Shown: positions 59,002 to 59,026 of the stretch, one piece after another
Layout: every line of letters begins with the position of its first letter
How positions within the stretch are numbered: position 1 is the first letter of the stretch
Virus record (IMG/VR): IMGVR_UViG_3300031027_000002
Origin: a virus
DNA length: 59,026 nucleotides
Strand: one strand, 5' to 3'
Position numbers and translations under genes: made by a program
Notes under the pieces: generated by a model
Database searches by the model: none
Told to the model about the DNA's origin: nothing
The model's input: only the letters and a program-made list of their open reading frames with translations

Positions 59002-59026
59002 GCAGACAGGGGCTTGCGCGAACGCC
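58900..59026. repeat. Terminal direct repeat identical to 1..127
   Basis: See the first feature. Confidence 0.95.

Noticed and set aside
1-59026. CRISPR arrays, diversity-generating retroelement, retron, integrase/attP, tRNA/tmRNA genes
   Set aside because: I looked for regularly spaced direct repeats, reverse-transcriptase motifs (YxDD), template/variable repeat pairs near fibre C-termini, recombinase motifs and GGTTCGA-type T-loops with buildable stems. None was found by eye, and this is not a substitute for tRNAscan/HMM searches.

Overview
The first 127 nt (1..127) are identical to the last 127 nt (58900..59026), so this window is a circularly closed molecule of about 58.9 kb. I read it as a complete GC-rich tailed-phage genome, podovirus-like because I could not recognise a sheath, tube or chaperone-frameshift set. 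Layout: (i) A very long minus-strand late block starts near 35.2 kb, runs leftwards through coordinate 1 and re-enters at the right end. It holds small Zn-ribbon/HTH genes, a putative small terminase, an intein-containing large terminase, portal, scaffold, major capsid, many unassignable virion proteins, putative internal/ejection proteins, three very large fibre/tailspike-like proteins, and a lysis cassette with a GH24-type lysozyme at 53.8-56.8 kb. (ii) A plus-strand two-gene cassette at 35.4-36.2 kb. (iii) A minus-strand regulatory operon at 36.3-39.5 kb with an XRE/Zn-ribbon repressor-like gene. (iv) Plus-strand early operons at 39.8-53.9 kb. The first is a promoter-to-terminator cassette headed by a Cys-repeat-fused amidoligase and a class-II amidotransferase-like gene. 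It is followed by ERF/YqaJ recombination genes, an SF2 helicase, a primase-type zinc-finger protein and a cluster of nuclease/homing-endonuclease genes. I recognised no tRNA, rRNA, CRISPR array, integrase, reverse transcriptase or DNA polymerase. The points most worth follow-up are the amidoligase cassette, Sec signal peptides on fibre-like proteins, a promoter-leader-terminator unit before the capsid operon, a conserved 46-nt element, leaderless-type promoters, a P-loop intein, homing-endonuclease genes sharing a 67-nt 5' module, an overprinted gene pair and several exact short repeats. All family calls are motif recognition by eye; no searches, folding or statistics were run.
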